DNA of 54,146 nucleotides from an uncultured Gemmatimonadales bacterium (GCA_937983085.1 CALJKZ010000121.1:1-54146); one strand, 5' to 3'. Positions 1 to 9,088 are shown, counted from the first letter of the stretch. Notes: generated from the letters alone by a model not told the origin. Translations and numbers: made by a program.

Positions 1-1
1 G

Positions 2-706
2 GGCCCCCAGTCGGGAAGCGTCGGGAGCCGGAGCTTCCGGGCGTCGCACCGGGACCACCAGGCCATCGCCGCACTCGGTTTCGTGGTCATCGAGTTGGAC
101 GCCATGGGCACGCCCATGCGCTCCAAGACGTTCCACGAGGCGTACTACGGCAACATGGGGGACAACGGCCTCCCCGATCAGATCACGGGCATCCGTCAGC
201 TCGCCGAGCGACATTCGTGGATCGACATCGACCGCGTCGGGATCTTCGGCCACTCGGGTGGGGGTTTCGCGTCCACGGCGGGGATCCTGCGGTACCCCGA
301 TTTCTACGACGTGGCCGTGTCGCAGGCGGGCAACCACGACAACAGGAACTACGAGGACGACTGGGGCGAGAAGTGGCAGGGTCTCCTGGAGGTCTACCCC
401 GACGGGACGACCAACTACGACAACCAGGCGAACCAGCTCGTGGCCGAGAACCTGAAGGGGAAGCTTCTCATCGCCCATGGGACCCTCGACACCAACGTGC
501 CCCACTCCAACACGCTTCTCGTGGTCGATGCCCTCATCGCGGCCAACAAGGACTTCGATCTGCTTCTGATGCCCAACCGGGGTCACGGATTCGGCAACGA
601 GCCGTACATGATGAGGAGGCGCTGGGACTACTTCGTGCGGCATCTCCTGGGAGCCGAGCCGCCGACGGAGTATCAAATCGGTCGCCTGGAACGTCCTATA
701 GGGTAG
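2..706 (+). CDS. S9 family serine peptidase (DPP-IV / prolyl oligopeptidase type), C-terminal catalytic domain; 5' end cut by the window edge
   Basis: Frame 2 is open from the window edge (ORF-track fragment 83..706). Catalytic triad contexts are present: GIFGHSGGGF (Ser), AHGTLDTNVP (Asp), NRGHGF (His). Confidence 0.85.
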   Translation, partial: GPQSGSVGSRSFRASHRDHQAIAALGFVVIELDAMGTPMRSKTFHEAYYGNMGDNGLPDQITGIRQLAERHSWIDIDRVGIFGHSGGGFASTAGILRYPDFYDVAVSQAGNHDNRNYEDDWGEKWQGLLEVYPDGTTNYDNQANQLVAENLKGKLLIAHGTLDTNVPHSNTLLVVDALIAANKDFDLLLMPNRGHGFGNEPYMMRRRWDYFVRHLLGAEPPTEYQIGRLERPIG

Positions 707-798
707 AGGGCCCGCCAGACGGGTCTCATTCGGAGCCACCGGCGACGCGGCGTTTGCCCCGCGGCGCAGGTGAAACGGTGCAAAACGGCGAGACGACG

Positions 799-1791
799 AT
801 GCTCAAGAGGACGGCTGTTTGCTTGGTGGCCCTGGCCACCGTGGCGGCGTGCACCGACGCCGGACCGTCGGAGCCGAGCGACGCCATCGGCCTCCAGGCC
901 CACATCTACCTGAGTGCCGCCCTGGACATCATGGAGTTCAACTCCGTCCGTCGGTACGAGATCGACTGGACGTCCTTTCGCGAGGATACCTTCGCCGAGG
1001 CCGCGGGGATCATGACGGTGCCCGAGACGTACCCGGTCATCGAGTCGGCCCTGGAGCGGCTCGGCGACGGGCACAGCTTCTTCCGCGAGCCCGTGTCGTC
1101 GGCGCCGGGCGCCGAGGGCGACGCTCCTACCGCGGATCTGTTCGATGACGTCGGCTACTTGGACGTTCCGGCGTTTTCCGGTGGTGGCATGGATGGGGAC
1201 TCCCTGGCCCTGCTCTACCACGGCCTCATCGAGGGTGTCGACACCATGGCGGTCGAGCCGTGTCGCTGGGTCGTCGATCTGAGGGGCAACACGGGCGGAA
1301 ACATGTGGCCGATGATCGCGGGCGTGGGGCCGATCCTGGGGGAAGACACGGTGGGCTTCTTCGTCGACCCCGACTCCATCTTCCGCCCGTGGACCTACGC
1401 AGAGGGCGAAGCACGCATCAACGGTTCGCCCGTCAACGCGGCGGCGCCGGCCTACGCACTGGAGCGTTCGGCCCCCCACGTGGCCGTCCTCACCGACAGC
1501 CTCACCGCGAGCTCAGGTGAGGCCGTGGCGGTGGCGTTCCGTGGACGTTCCGGCACGCGGTCCTTCGGACAGAGCACGTGGGGTCTTTCCACCGCCAACG
1601 CGCCGTTCCTGCTCGACGACGGGGCGGTGATCTTCCTCACCGTGTCCACCATGGCCGACCGGGCGCGGATGGTCTACGGTGGCGCGCTGGACCCCGACGA
1701 GGTCGTCGCGGGCGAGAAGACGGGCGACCCCCAGACCGACGAGGTGCTGGAGGCCGCCCTGACGTGGCTCTCGACCCAGAGCTGCGCCTAG
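799..1791 (+). CDS. S41-like peptidase, probable lipoprotein
   Basis: An internal ATG at 799 in ORF 217..1791 gives a signal peptide ending LATVAAC. S41-type motifs LRGNTGGN and TASSGEAVA are present. I could not confirm the catalytic Lys position by eye. Confidence 0.7.
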   Translation: MLKRTAVCLVALATVAACTDAGPSEPSDAIGLQAHIYLSAALDIMEFNSVRRYEIDWTSFREDTFAEAAGIMTVPETYPVIESALERLGDGHSFFREPVSSAPGAEGDAPTADLFDDVGYLDVPAFSGGGMDGDSLALLYHGLIEGVDTMAVEPCRWVVDLRGNTGGNMWPMIAGVGPILGEDTVGFFVDPDSIFRPWTYAEGEARINGSPVNAAAPAYALERSAPHVAVLTDSLTASSGEAVAVAFRGRSGTRSFGQSTWGLSTANAPFLLDDGAVIFLTVSTMADRARMVYGGALDPDEVVAGEKTGDPQTDEVLEAALTWLSTQSCA

Positions 1792-1804
1792 GGCCGGAAC
1801 GCTT

Positions 1805-2281
1805 CTACTCGTCGGCCCCGCTGACGGTGACCTTCTGCATGACCACGTCCTCCCGGGGCCGATCGCCATGGTCCGTGTCGATGGAGCCGATGGTGCGCAC
1901 GACGTCCATCCCTTCGGTGACCTTCCCGAAGATGGCGTGCTTGCCGTCGAGCCAGGGCGTGGCCGCCAGGGTGATGAAGAACTGGGAGCCGCCGGTGTTC
2001 GGCCCCGCATTCGCCATGGAGAAGATGCCCGCGTCGGTGTGGGCCAGCCCGTCGGCGAACTCGTCGTCGATGGTGTAGCCGGGTCCGCCCCGACCCGTTC
2101 CGGTGGGGTCGCCACCCTGGATCATGAAGCCCTCGATGACGCGGTGGAAGACGACGCCGTCGTAGTAGCCGTCCTTGGCGAGCTTGATGAAGTTGCCGGC
2201 GGTCTCGGGAGCGCGGTCCATGTACATTTCCGCTTCGATGGTGCCGTGGTTGGTCTCGATGGTGACCGTGGGGTTGGCCAT
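1805..2281 (-). CDS. ppiB: Cyclophilin-type peptidyl-prolyl cis-trans isomerase, cytoplasmic
   Basis: An internal ATG at 2281 in ORF 1805..2500 gives MANPTVTIETNHG. Diagnostic stretches FHRVIEGFMIQGGDP, SMANAGPNTGGSQFFIT and HAIFGKV are present. No signal peptide. Confidence 0.95.
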   Translation of the reverse strand: MANPTVTIETNHGTIEAEMYMDRAPETAGNFIKLAKDGYYDGVVFHRVIEGFMIQGGDPTGTGRGGPGYTIDDEFADGLAHTDAGIFSMANAGPNTGGSQFFITLAATPWLDGKHAIFGKVTEGMDVVRTIGSIDTDHGDRPREDVVMQKVTVSGADE

Positions 2282-2414
2282 GCTGGTTCCCTGGGGTTTC
2301 GTCGTTGAGCGTGCGCCGTCGCATCGGCGGTGCCAAAGATAGCAACGCCGGCGGCTACGCCACCCCGCCCGCCGATGATTGCCAGCCTTCCCGACGACGT
2401 CCATGATGGGGCCC

Positions 2415-4370
2415 ATGACGACCATGACCCGACGATTCGCCACCCCCGCTCTCGCCTTCGCCCTGGCTGCAGCGGCCTGCACACCGACCCTCGAGCTCAC
2501 GCCCAGCGACGCCGATGTGGTGTTGTCCCGGCAGGCTCTGGACGCGCCAGACCCGGGCCAGCCGGGGAGCTACGAGGTCCTGACCCTCTACTACGGCTCG
2601 GGCACGGACAAGAACCGGCCCGAGTACCGGGACTCGGTGGCCATTACCACGCCCACCGTGGACGTGTCGAAGATGGTGGACCTCGGCGGATCGGCGGCTT
2701 CGCGCAACGAGTATTGGGGCTTCACGCCGAAGGAGATGCCCCTCAACGCACGGGTCTGGTATCCCGATGGCGACGGGCCTTTCCCCCTGGTCCTGGTGGT
2801 CCACGGGAACCACAACATGCGGGACTTCTCCGACCCCGGGTACGACTATCTCGGTGAGCTTCTGGCTAGCCGCGGGTACATCCTGGCCAGCGTCGACGAG
2901 AACTTCATCAACGGCGGGATCCGTGGTGAGAACGACGCCCGGGGTTGGTTCCTCCTTCGACACGTCCAGCTCTTCGACGAGTTCAACGCGGAGGCGGGCA
3001 ATCCGTTCGAGGGAAAGGTCGACACGGACAACATCGTCCTCATCGGCCATTCCCGAGGGGGGGAGGCCGTGGCCAACGCCGCCGCCTTCAACAACCTCTC
3101 CCACTATCCCGACGACGCGTCGCTGACCTTCGACTTCGGCTACTCCATCCAGGGGATCATCTCCATCGCCCCCGTGGACGGTCAGTACCTGCCCACGGGT
3201 CGGAAGGTGGTCGTGGAAGACATGAGCTACCTGACCTTCCACGGCTCCCACGACGGGGACGTCACCAGCTTCCACGGTCTTCGCATCTATGACCGGCTGA
3301 AGTTCAACGACCCCGACGACTTCAACTTCAAGTCGGCCATCTACGTGTACCGGGCCAACCACGGCCAGTGGAATTCGGTATGGGGTCCCCACGACAACGG
3401 CCCTCGGAGTCCCCGCATTCTGGACCTGCGCGGCCTCATTCCCGAGGAGGACCAGCGGCGTTTCGGCGAGATCTACGTCTCGGCATTCGTCGACATCGTC
3501 ACGAAAGGCGACAAGCGTTACCTGCCCATCTTCCGGGATCACCGGGTCATCGGTGAATGGCTCCCGGAGACCATGTACGTGACCCGCTTCGAGACCAGCG
3601 ACTTCCGGCCCCTCGCCTCCTTCGAGGAGGACATCGACGTCACCACCGGGAGTTACGAGGGCGTGCGGATCCGGGGCGACTCCCTCGCCACCTGGAGCGA
3701 GGCCACCCTCGAGCTGCGCTCGTCCAACCGCAACAACACCTCGGCCTCGCAGGAGAACCAGGGTGTAACGCTGGCGTGGAACAACCGTCTGGCCGGCTCG
3801 GACACCACCCGCCACGGCCCGCCGGCCCGCTACGTCGTCGAGCTACCCGAAGGTCTGGCCGCCGACCTGCGACTCTGGGCGGGATCGACGCTGGACTTCA
3901 ACCTGGCGCCGACGAACCGGGTGCCCGGTCCGAGGCAGGCGCCGGACGACGAAGACGATGCCGAGGAGGCGGAGGAGAACGACGCCCCCCGGCCCTCGTC
4001 CCGCGGCGATGAGGGGGACGAGGACCCCCCCGTGGACCTCACGGTGGAGATCACCGACGCGTCGGGGGAGAGCGCCCGGGTCACCCTCAGCGACTACGGC
4101 GCCATCCGACGGCCGCTCGAGACGTACGTTATGCGGCGCCGCGACCTGGAGCGGCAGCGCTTCCAGTCCCACTGGGAGCTGATCCTACAGACGTATTCCA
4201 TCCCCCTTCGGGACTTCCTCGACAGCAACCGCGACCTCGACGTGCGCCGGATTCGGAGCGTTAGCCTCGTCTTCGATCAGGTCCACGGCGGCGAAGTGGT
4301 GGTGGACCACATCGGATTCACGCCGGACATGGATCCGGCGTTCCTGCGGGCGAGGGTGGACGGGTCGTAG
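2415..4370 (+). CDS. Secreted or lipoprotein alpha/beta hydrolase with a large C-terminal beta-rich domain and an acidic insert
   Basis: ORF 2379..4370. There are several candidate Met starts (2379, 2415, 2424) ahead of the signal peptide RRFATPALAFALAAAAC. The nucleophile elbow is IGHSRGGEA, and the VVHGNHNMRDF region resembles PAF-acetylhydrolase/chlorophyllase-like hydrolases. Confidence 0.7.
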   Translation: MTTMTRRFATPALAFALAAAACTPTLELTPSDADVVLSRQALDAPDPGQPGSYEVLTLYYGSGTDKNRPEYRDSVAITTPTVDVSKMVDLGGSAASRNEYWGFTPKEMPLNARVWYPDGDGPFPLVLVVHGNHNMRDFSDPGYDYLGELLASRGYILASVDENFINGGIRGENDARGWFLLRHVQLFDEFNAEAGNPFEGKVDTDNIVLIGHSRGGEAVANAAAFNNLSHYPDDASLTFDFGYSIQGIISIAPVDGQYLPTGRKVVVEDMSYLTFHGSHDGDVTSFHGLRIYDRLKFNDPDDFNFKSAIYVYRANHGQWNSVWGPHDNGPRSPRILDLRGLIPEEDQRRFGEIYVSAFVDIVTKGDKRYLPIFRDHRVIGEWLPETMYVTRFETSDFRPLASFEEDIDVTTGSYEGVRIRGDSLATWSEATLELRSSNRNNTSASQENQGVTLAWNNRLAGSDTTRHGPPARYVVELPEGLAADLRLWAGSTLDFNLAPTNRVPGPRQAPDDEDDAEEAEENDAPRPSSRGDEGDEDPPVDLTVEITDASGESARVTLSDYGAIRRPLETYVMRRRDLERQRFQSHWELILQTYSIPLRDFLDSNRDLDVRRIRSVSLVFDQVHGGEVVVDHIGFTPDMDPAFLRARVDGS

Positions 4371-4375
4371 GGATC

Positions 4376-5329
4376 CTACCGGAAGCGGATGCCGAAGCGG
4401 TGCGTGCCGCCGTCGTCGGCGCCGCCGAAGGGCCGGACCGCCCACTCCAGAGTCAGGTCGTCACCCCAGAAGGCGAAGCCGGCGGTGAGCGGGCTCGCCT
4501 CGCTGCCGTCGGGGACGCTCTGGACGCCGAGTCGCGCGACGAACGTGCGCCCCTGGACGGGCCAGTACCCCACCTCGACGCCACCTCCCCAGGTGAACTC
4601 GTCGGTGTGGTCCAGGCCGATCTGAGCTGCCAGGCCAACGTCGAGCTGACCCAACGGACGGCCGTACTGACCCACGCCGAGGCTGTACCGTGCAGCACCG
4701 TTGCCGGCGTCGATGATGGGCTTCTCCCCGAGGTCGTGCACGGTGAAGCCGGCCACCAGCGGTCCGACGGTTCGCGAGACTCCGATGTCGAAGAGCGTCA
4801 CGCCGTGGATCTGTGACCCCACGCGTTGGTCGACGAGGTCCACGGTGACCCCCAGGTCGAGGTCGAAGTAGAAGTCGCGGCTGTAGCCCACGGTGGCGAT
4901 GCGCTCCGAGACCGGCACCGACGACGCCACGAAGAGTGGATCCTGAGTCGTGAAGGCCCCCAGGCCCGCGAGCGACGACCCGATCTGGGTGGAGCGCAGG
5001 CCGATGCCCACCGTTCCGCCGAACCAGTCCACGGCCGCCGACGCCGCTACGGACGAGGCTTCGGCGCTCCAGCGCTGCACGTCGAGGCCGAAGCCCGAGG
5101 CACGGGACAGCAGGGCCGGATGGTAGAAGATCGCGTCGGCGTGGCCCGAGCTCATCGGGTAGGCGTCTCCCAATGCCATGGCCCGCGTGGAGGCGGGCAG
5201 ATGGGTCGATTGGGGAAGGATGCCCGGTGACTGTGCCGCGACCCGGTCGGTTGAAAGAAGGAGCGCTCCCACCATCCCGGCGACCAAGAGGGCGCAGGCG
5301 AGGGGACGACGGGGAGTGGCTGGAGGCAT
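4376..5329 (-). CDS. Outer-membrane beta-barrel protein (PorV/PorQ-like)
   Basis: An internal ATG at 5329 in ORF 4376..5395 gives a signal peptide ending LLLSTDRVAAQ. The N-terminal motif MALGDAYPMSSGHADAIFYHPALL is typical of PorV/PorQ-type barrels. Alternating beta-strand patterns end in FGIRFR. Confidence 0.6.
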   Translation of the reverse strand: MPPATPRRPLACALLVAGMVGALLLSTDRVAAQSPGILPQSTHLPASTRAMALGDAYPMSSGHADAIFYHPALLSRASGFGLDVQRWSAEASSVAASAAVDWFGGTVGIGLRSTQIGSSLAGLGAFTTQDPLFVASSVPVSERIATVGYSRDFYFDLDLGVTVDLVDQRVGSQIHGVTLFDIGVSRTVGPLVAGFTVHDLGEKPIIDAGNGAARYSLGVGQYGRPLGQLDVGLAAQIGLDHTDEFTWGGGVEVGYWPVQGRTFVARLGVQSVPDGSEASPLTAGFAFWGDDLTLEWAVRPFGGADDGGTHRFGIRFR

Positions 5330-5441
5330 CGAACGCACGTCTCGGGCAGGGCGGTGGGCGCGGGCCGGCTTCGGGCCGACCGATGAACGCCCCAACCTCG
5401 GGGCTCGGCCGGGGATCAGGCAATAGGTCCGAAGAGGTGGG

Positions 5442-5512
5442 CGACCCGGTCCGTCCGCGCGGGCCCCTGGCCGACCCGGTCTCCTTGGCGCGGGCCCTTA
5501 CCCGACCCGGCG
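5442..5512. repeat. About 2.3 tandem copies of a roughly 30-bp GC-rich unit
   Basis: The units are CGACCCGGTCCGTCCGCGCGGGCCC (5442-5466), CGACCCGGTCTCCTTGGCGCGGGCCC (5472-5497) and a partial CGACCCGG (5503-5510) inside the nudC 3' end. Confidence 0.5.
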
Positions 5513-6292
5513 TACGAAGTCCTCGATGAGGGCTCGAGCGATGGACATGGGGTGGGGGAGGCCAGGAAGGTCGTCGGCATCGAACCAACGGGCGTCCTCG
5601 ATCTCGTCCTCGTCGATCCGGATCTCGCCGTCCAGCCAGTCGGCCACGAACCCCACCATGAGCGAGTGGGGGAAGGGATGCGGCTGGCTGCCGAAGTACT
5701 GCAGCCGGTGGACTCGCACGCCGACCTCCTCGAAGATCTCTCGATGGACGCACTCCTCCAGGGACTCGCCGGGTTCTACGAAGCCGGCCAGGGTGGAGTA
5801 CACTCCGTCGGGGAACCGCGGCGATCGCCCCAGAAGTGCCTGCCGTCCCCGTTGCACCAGGACGATGACCGCCGGTGAGATGGGCGGGAAGTGAAGGCGA
5901 CCGCACGAGGAGCACACCATGGAGTCGCGAGCGTCGTCGAGGCGAAGGGGGGACGCGCACGCGCTGCAGAAACGGGTCGTCTGCTGCCACTCCACGAGTT
6001 GTCGGGCAGCCCCCGCGGCCCGGAACTCCTCTTCGCTCAGGCTGTGATACGCGACGCGCAGCCCGTCGCCACGGTACCCGGGCGGCAAGGGCAGGTCGTC
6101 GTCGAAGCCGAAGGTCTGCACCTCCACACGCAACCGGGTCACGCGCACGTCGACGCGGGCGCCCTCGAGGCGCTCACGCCCGAACGCCGCCTCCACCTCG
6201 TCGAGTGTGGGGAGGCGAAGCCCCTCCGACAGCTCCCGGAGGACCAGGCGCGTTCCGACGAACGCCAGGACCCGCGACGAGGAGTCGCTCAC
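5498..6292 (-). CDS. nudC: NADH pyrophosphatase (Nudix hydrolase NudC type)
   Basis: Zinc ribbon CSACASPLRLDDARDSMVCSSCG, followed by the Nudix box GFVEPGESLEECVHREIFEEVGV. I propose a GTG start at 6292, which overlaps the upstream stop as GTGA. The longer ORF-track N-terminus (to 6427) overlaps the upstream gene. Confidence 0.85.
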   Translation of the reverse strand: MSDSSSRVLAFVGTRLVLRELSEGLRLPTLDEVEAAFGRERLEGARVDVRVTRLRVEVQTFGFDDDLPLPPGYRGDGLRVAYHSLSEEEFRAAGAARQLVEWQQTTRFCSACASPLRLDDARDSMVCSSCGRLHFPPISPAVIVLVQRGRQALLGRSPRFPDGVYSTLAGFVEPGESLEECVHREIFEEVGVRVHRLQYFGSQPHPFPHSLMVGFVADWLDGEIRIDEDEIEDARWFDADDLPGLPHPMSIARALIEDFVRRVG

Positions 6293-6507
6293 TCGGGCTG
6301 CTTCTGATCGAGGACGGCGGTGCGATGACAACGGGGACACGTCACCCACACTCGGTCGCGCACGTACGAGACGTCGCGGCGCGGAGGTACCGCCCGACGG
6401 TCCAGAGCCGTGCCGCATCGCGGGCACAGAAGGGGCTCCCCACCCCGAAGGGCGGCTCCGAGGGCGCGTCGCTCGGCTACGGTGAGAGGGTCGGCGGCGT
6501 GGGACAC
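6289..6507 (-). CDS. Small zinc-ribbon protein (72 aa), function unknown
   Basis: Two CPRC pairs (LLCPRCG ... VTCPRCH). G/C-rich third positions. The stop overlaps the nudC GTG start by 4 nt. Confidence 0.6.
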   Translation of the reverse strand: MSHAADPLTVAERRALGAALRGGEPLLCPRCGTALDRRAVPPRRDVSYVRDRVWVTCPRCHRTAVLDQKQPE

Positions 6508-6548
6508 GGGAGGGATTTCTCAGCAGGTGCGGACCGGAACGTGTCTAT

Positions 6549-6583
6549 ATTGCAGCGCTGGCCTGCACGATTGCAGCGTTGGC
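6549..6583. repeat. Two 14-bp direct repeats spaced 21 bp, in a divergent intergenic region
   Basis: ATTGCAGCGCTGGC (6549-6562) and ATTGCAGCGTTGGC (6570-6583) are 13/14 identical. They lie in a locally lower-GC patch upstream of the DUF5916-like gene. Confidence 0.55.
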
Positions 6584-6670
6584 ATCCTGCTTGAACCTAC
6601 CCATCGGGAGCCGTTCCTCGTAGCGGCCCCGATTCATTTTCTCCGGCCGTCGAGCGCGGCGGGACCCTAG

Positions 6671-9088
6671 ATGATCCAGACCCTCCTTCAGGTCGCCGCG
6701 GTGGCAAGCGCCATGTCTGCGGGCGGACCCGAACTTCCTGTCGCCGACGGACCCGAGCGGATGCTCGGAGTCGACGTCGCCGCGCGCTACTCCGGCCTTG
6801 CTCGCGACGTCGAAGTCACCACGCCTTCCGTGCCCTCGGCGGACATCACCATCGACGGGCGTATCGTGGACCTGTCGTGGGAGCAGGCCGCCCTCCTCGA
6901 CGGCTTCACCCAGTTCAACCCGGTGGAGGGAAGCCCGGCATCGCAGATCACCGAGGTCCTCGTCCTCGTGGACGACGACGCCCTCTACTTCGCCATCCGG
7001 GCCTACGACGACGAGCCGGATGGAATCCGGGCGACTCTCTCGGAGCGTGATTCGTTCGGATTCTCCGACGACTACGTGCGTTTCATCCTCGACACCTTCG
7101 ACGACCAGCGCCGGGCGTACGTCTTCACGGTGAACCCGTACGGCGTGCAGCACGACGGTCTGTGGAACGAGACCGGGGGTGGCACCGGGCGAAGAGGTCG
7201 GGGCATGTTCTCGCCCATCGACGACAGCCCGGACTTCATCTGGGAGTCCGACGCACGCGTAACCGCCGAAGGGTGGGAGGCGGAGGTCCGCATCCCCTTC
7301 AAGAGCCTCCGCTTCCCGGAGGCGGAGGTCCAGTCATGGGGTCTCCAGGTCGAGCGGAAGATCCAGCGGAACGGCTTCGAGAGTTCCTGGGCCCCCATCA
7401 CCGGGAACGTGGCCAACAAGCTCACCCAGGCGGGGAAGCTCAACGGGCTCCGTAACCTGGACATGGGCCTCTCCCTCGAGATCAATCCCGTGGTGACGGG
7501 AGCCTACAACGGTGAGATCGACGCCCTCACCGGCGACTTCGGACATCTGGACCCGACGGGTGAGTTCGGCATCAATGCGGCCTACGGCATCACCTCGAAC
7601 CTGAAGCTCGACGCCACCTTCAATCCCGACTTCAGTCAGGTGGAGGCGGATGCGGGCCAGGTGCAGGTGAACGAGCGCTTCGCCCTCTTCTTCGAGGAGA
7701 AGCGGCCCTTCTTCCTCGAGGGCACCGAGATCTTCGGAATGCCCAAGCAGCTCGTGTACACACGGACCATCGCCAACCCCATCGCCGGCGGAAAACTCAC
7801 CGGCAAGGTCGGGTCCTTGAACATCGGCTACCTCGGCGCCATCGACGAGAGCTTCGGCGACACGGATCCCGACACGTACGTGAATCTCTTCCGGGCGCGG
7901 CAGGACGTAGGCGCGTCATCGACCATCGGAGCGGTCTACACCGATCGGACGGTGGACTCCGACGACTTCAACCGGGTGCTGGGCGCCGATGCCCGGCTCC
8001 AGATGGGCGGCCGGTACACCCTCACCCTCATGGGTGCTCGGAGCTACACCAACGACGACTCCTTCGCCGAGCGGGCCGAGGGCGCCATGTCCGCCGCCCG
8101 CTTCGAGCGCGCCGGCCGCACGTTCTCGTTCAACGCCGACTTCGAGGACACCGACGCCGACTTCATCCCCGGCAGCGGCTTCTTCCAGCGCGTAGGCGAC
8201 ACCCAGGTCCAGTCGCGGGTCTCCTACAACTGGTACGGCCAGCGCGGCGCGTTCCTGGAGGGCATCAATCCGTCCTTCGAGATGAAAGGCTACTGGGACC
8301 ACGACGCCTTCTGGGACGGCGGGGGGGTCGAGGAGGCCGAGGTCCAGGTCAACAGCCGTATCAGCTTCCGCAACAACATCACGCTCTGGGCGAACGTCAA
8401 ACGGACCCTCTTCGACTATCAGCCGGAGCAGTATGTCGGCCTTTTCGTGGAGGATGGCGGCTCGTACGTGCCCTTCCGTCCGGACCAGGCGCTCTTCGAC
8501 GGCCTCACGGGCATGACCGTGGGCCTCTGGTTCAACAACTGGGAGCGCGTTCGGGGCAACGTCCGGCTGAGCTTCAACGAGACGCCCATCTTCGACCGTC
8601 GCTTCGGCGTCGCGGTGGAGCCGGCTCATTCCCGCTCCGGGGAGGTCCGCCTCAACCTGTATCCCATCCCGGCCCTCAAGGCCGAGATGAGCGTGAACTT
8701 CAGCCGCCTGGAGCGGCAGCGTGACGGCGTCGAACACTCCACGGCCGTCATTCCGCGACTCCGGACCCAGTACCAGTTCTCACGGGCCCTCTTCCTCCGC
8801 ACCATCTTCGAGTACGGACACCAGGAGAGCGCGGCGCTACGCGACCCTGAGACCGGGGGCTTCCTCTACGCGTGCGATTCTGCCGGCGTAGGCTGTTCCC
8901 AGCGTGACGGTTCGGTGGGCAACGACTTCCGCGTCGAGGGGCTTATCGGGTACGAGCCCTCGCCGGGCACCGTCTTCTACCTGGGGTACACCCGGGAGAT
9001 GGAGGACGCGACCGCTTTCGGATTCCAGAACGTGCGGCCTACCCGCGACGGTCTCTTCATCAAGGTCAGCTACCTCTTCCGCATGTAG
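6671..9088 (+). CDS. Large outer-membrane protein, CBM9-like N-terminal domain plus DUF5916-like barrel
   Basis: The N-terminal region ITIDGRIVDLSWEQAALLDGFTQFNPVEG ... DDDALYFAIRAYDDEPDGI ... DYVRFILDTFDDQRRAYVFTVNPYGVQHDG matches the family as I remember it. The long C-terminal part has beta-strand periodicity and ends FIKVSYLFRM. Confidence 0.7.
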   Translation: MIQTLLQVAAVASAMSAGGPELPVADGPERMLGVDVAARYSGLARDVEVTTPSVPSADITIDGRIVDLSWEQAALLDGFTQFNPVEGSPASQITEVLVLVDDDALYFAIRAYDDEPDGIRATLSERDSFGFSDDYVRFILDTFDDQRRAYVFTVNPYGVQHDGLWNETGGGTGRRGRGMFSPIDDSPDFIWESDARVTAEGWEAEVRIPFKSLRFPEAEVQSWGLQVERKIQRNGFESSWAPITGNVANKLTQAGKLNGLRNLDMGLSLEINPVVTGAYNGEIDALTGDFGHLDPTGEFGINAAYGITSNLKLDATFNPDFSQVEADAGQVQVNERFALFFEEKRPFFLEGTEIFGMPKQLVYTRTIANPIAGGKLTGKVGSLNIGYLGAIDESFGDTDPDTYVNLFRARQDVGASSTIGAVYTDRTVDSDDFNRVLGADARLQMGGRYTLTLMGARSYTNDDSFAERAEGAMSAARFERAGRTFSFNADFEDTDADFIPGSGFFQRVGDTQVQSRVSYNWYGQRGAFLEGINPSFEMKGYWDHDAFWDGGGVEEAEVQVNSRISFRNNITLWANVKRTLFDYQPEQYVGLFVEDGGSYVPFRPDQALFDGLTGMTVGLWFNNWERVRGNVRLSFNETPIFDRRFGVAVEPAHSRSGEVRLNLYPIPALKAEMSVNFSRLERQRDGVEHSTAVIPRLRTQYQFSRALFLRTIFEYGHQESAALRDPETGGFLYACDSAGVGCSQRDGSVGNDFRVEGLIGYEPSPGTVFYLGYTREMEDATAFGFQNVRPTRDGLFIKVSYLFRM

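Noticed and set aside
6559-6575. TGGCCTGCACGATTGCA, as a sigma-54 -24/-12 promoter.
   Set aside because: The spacing between TGGC and TTGC is 8 nt rather than the required 7. Only the downstream, weaker element (6579-6595) has the correct spacing.
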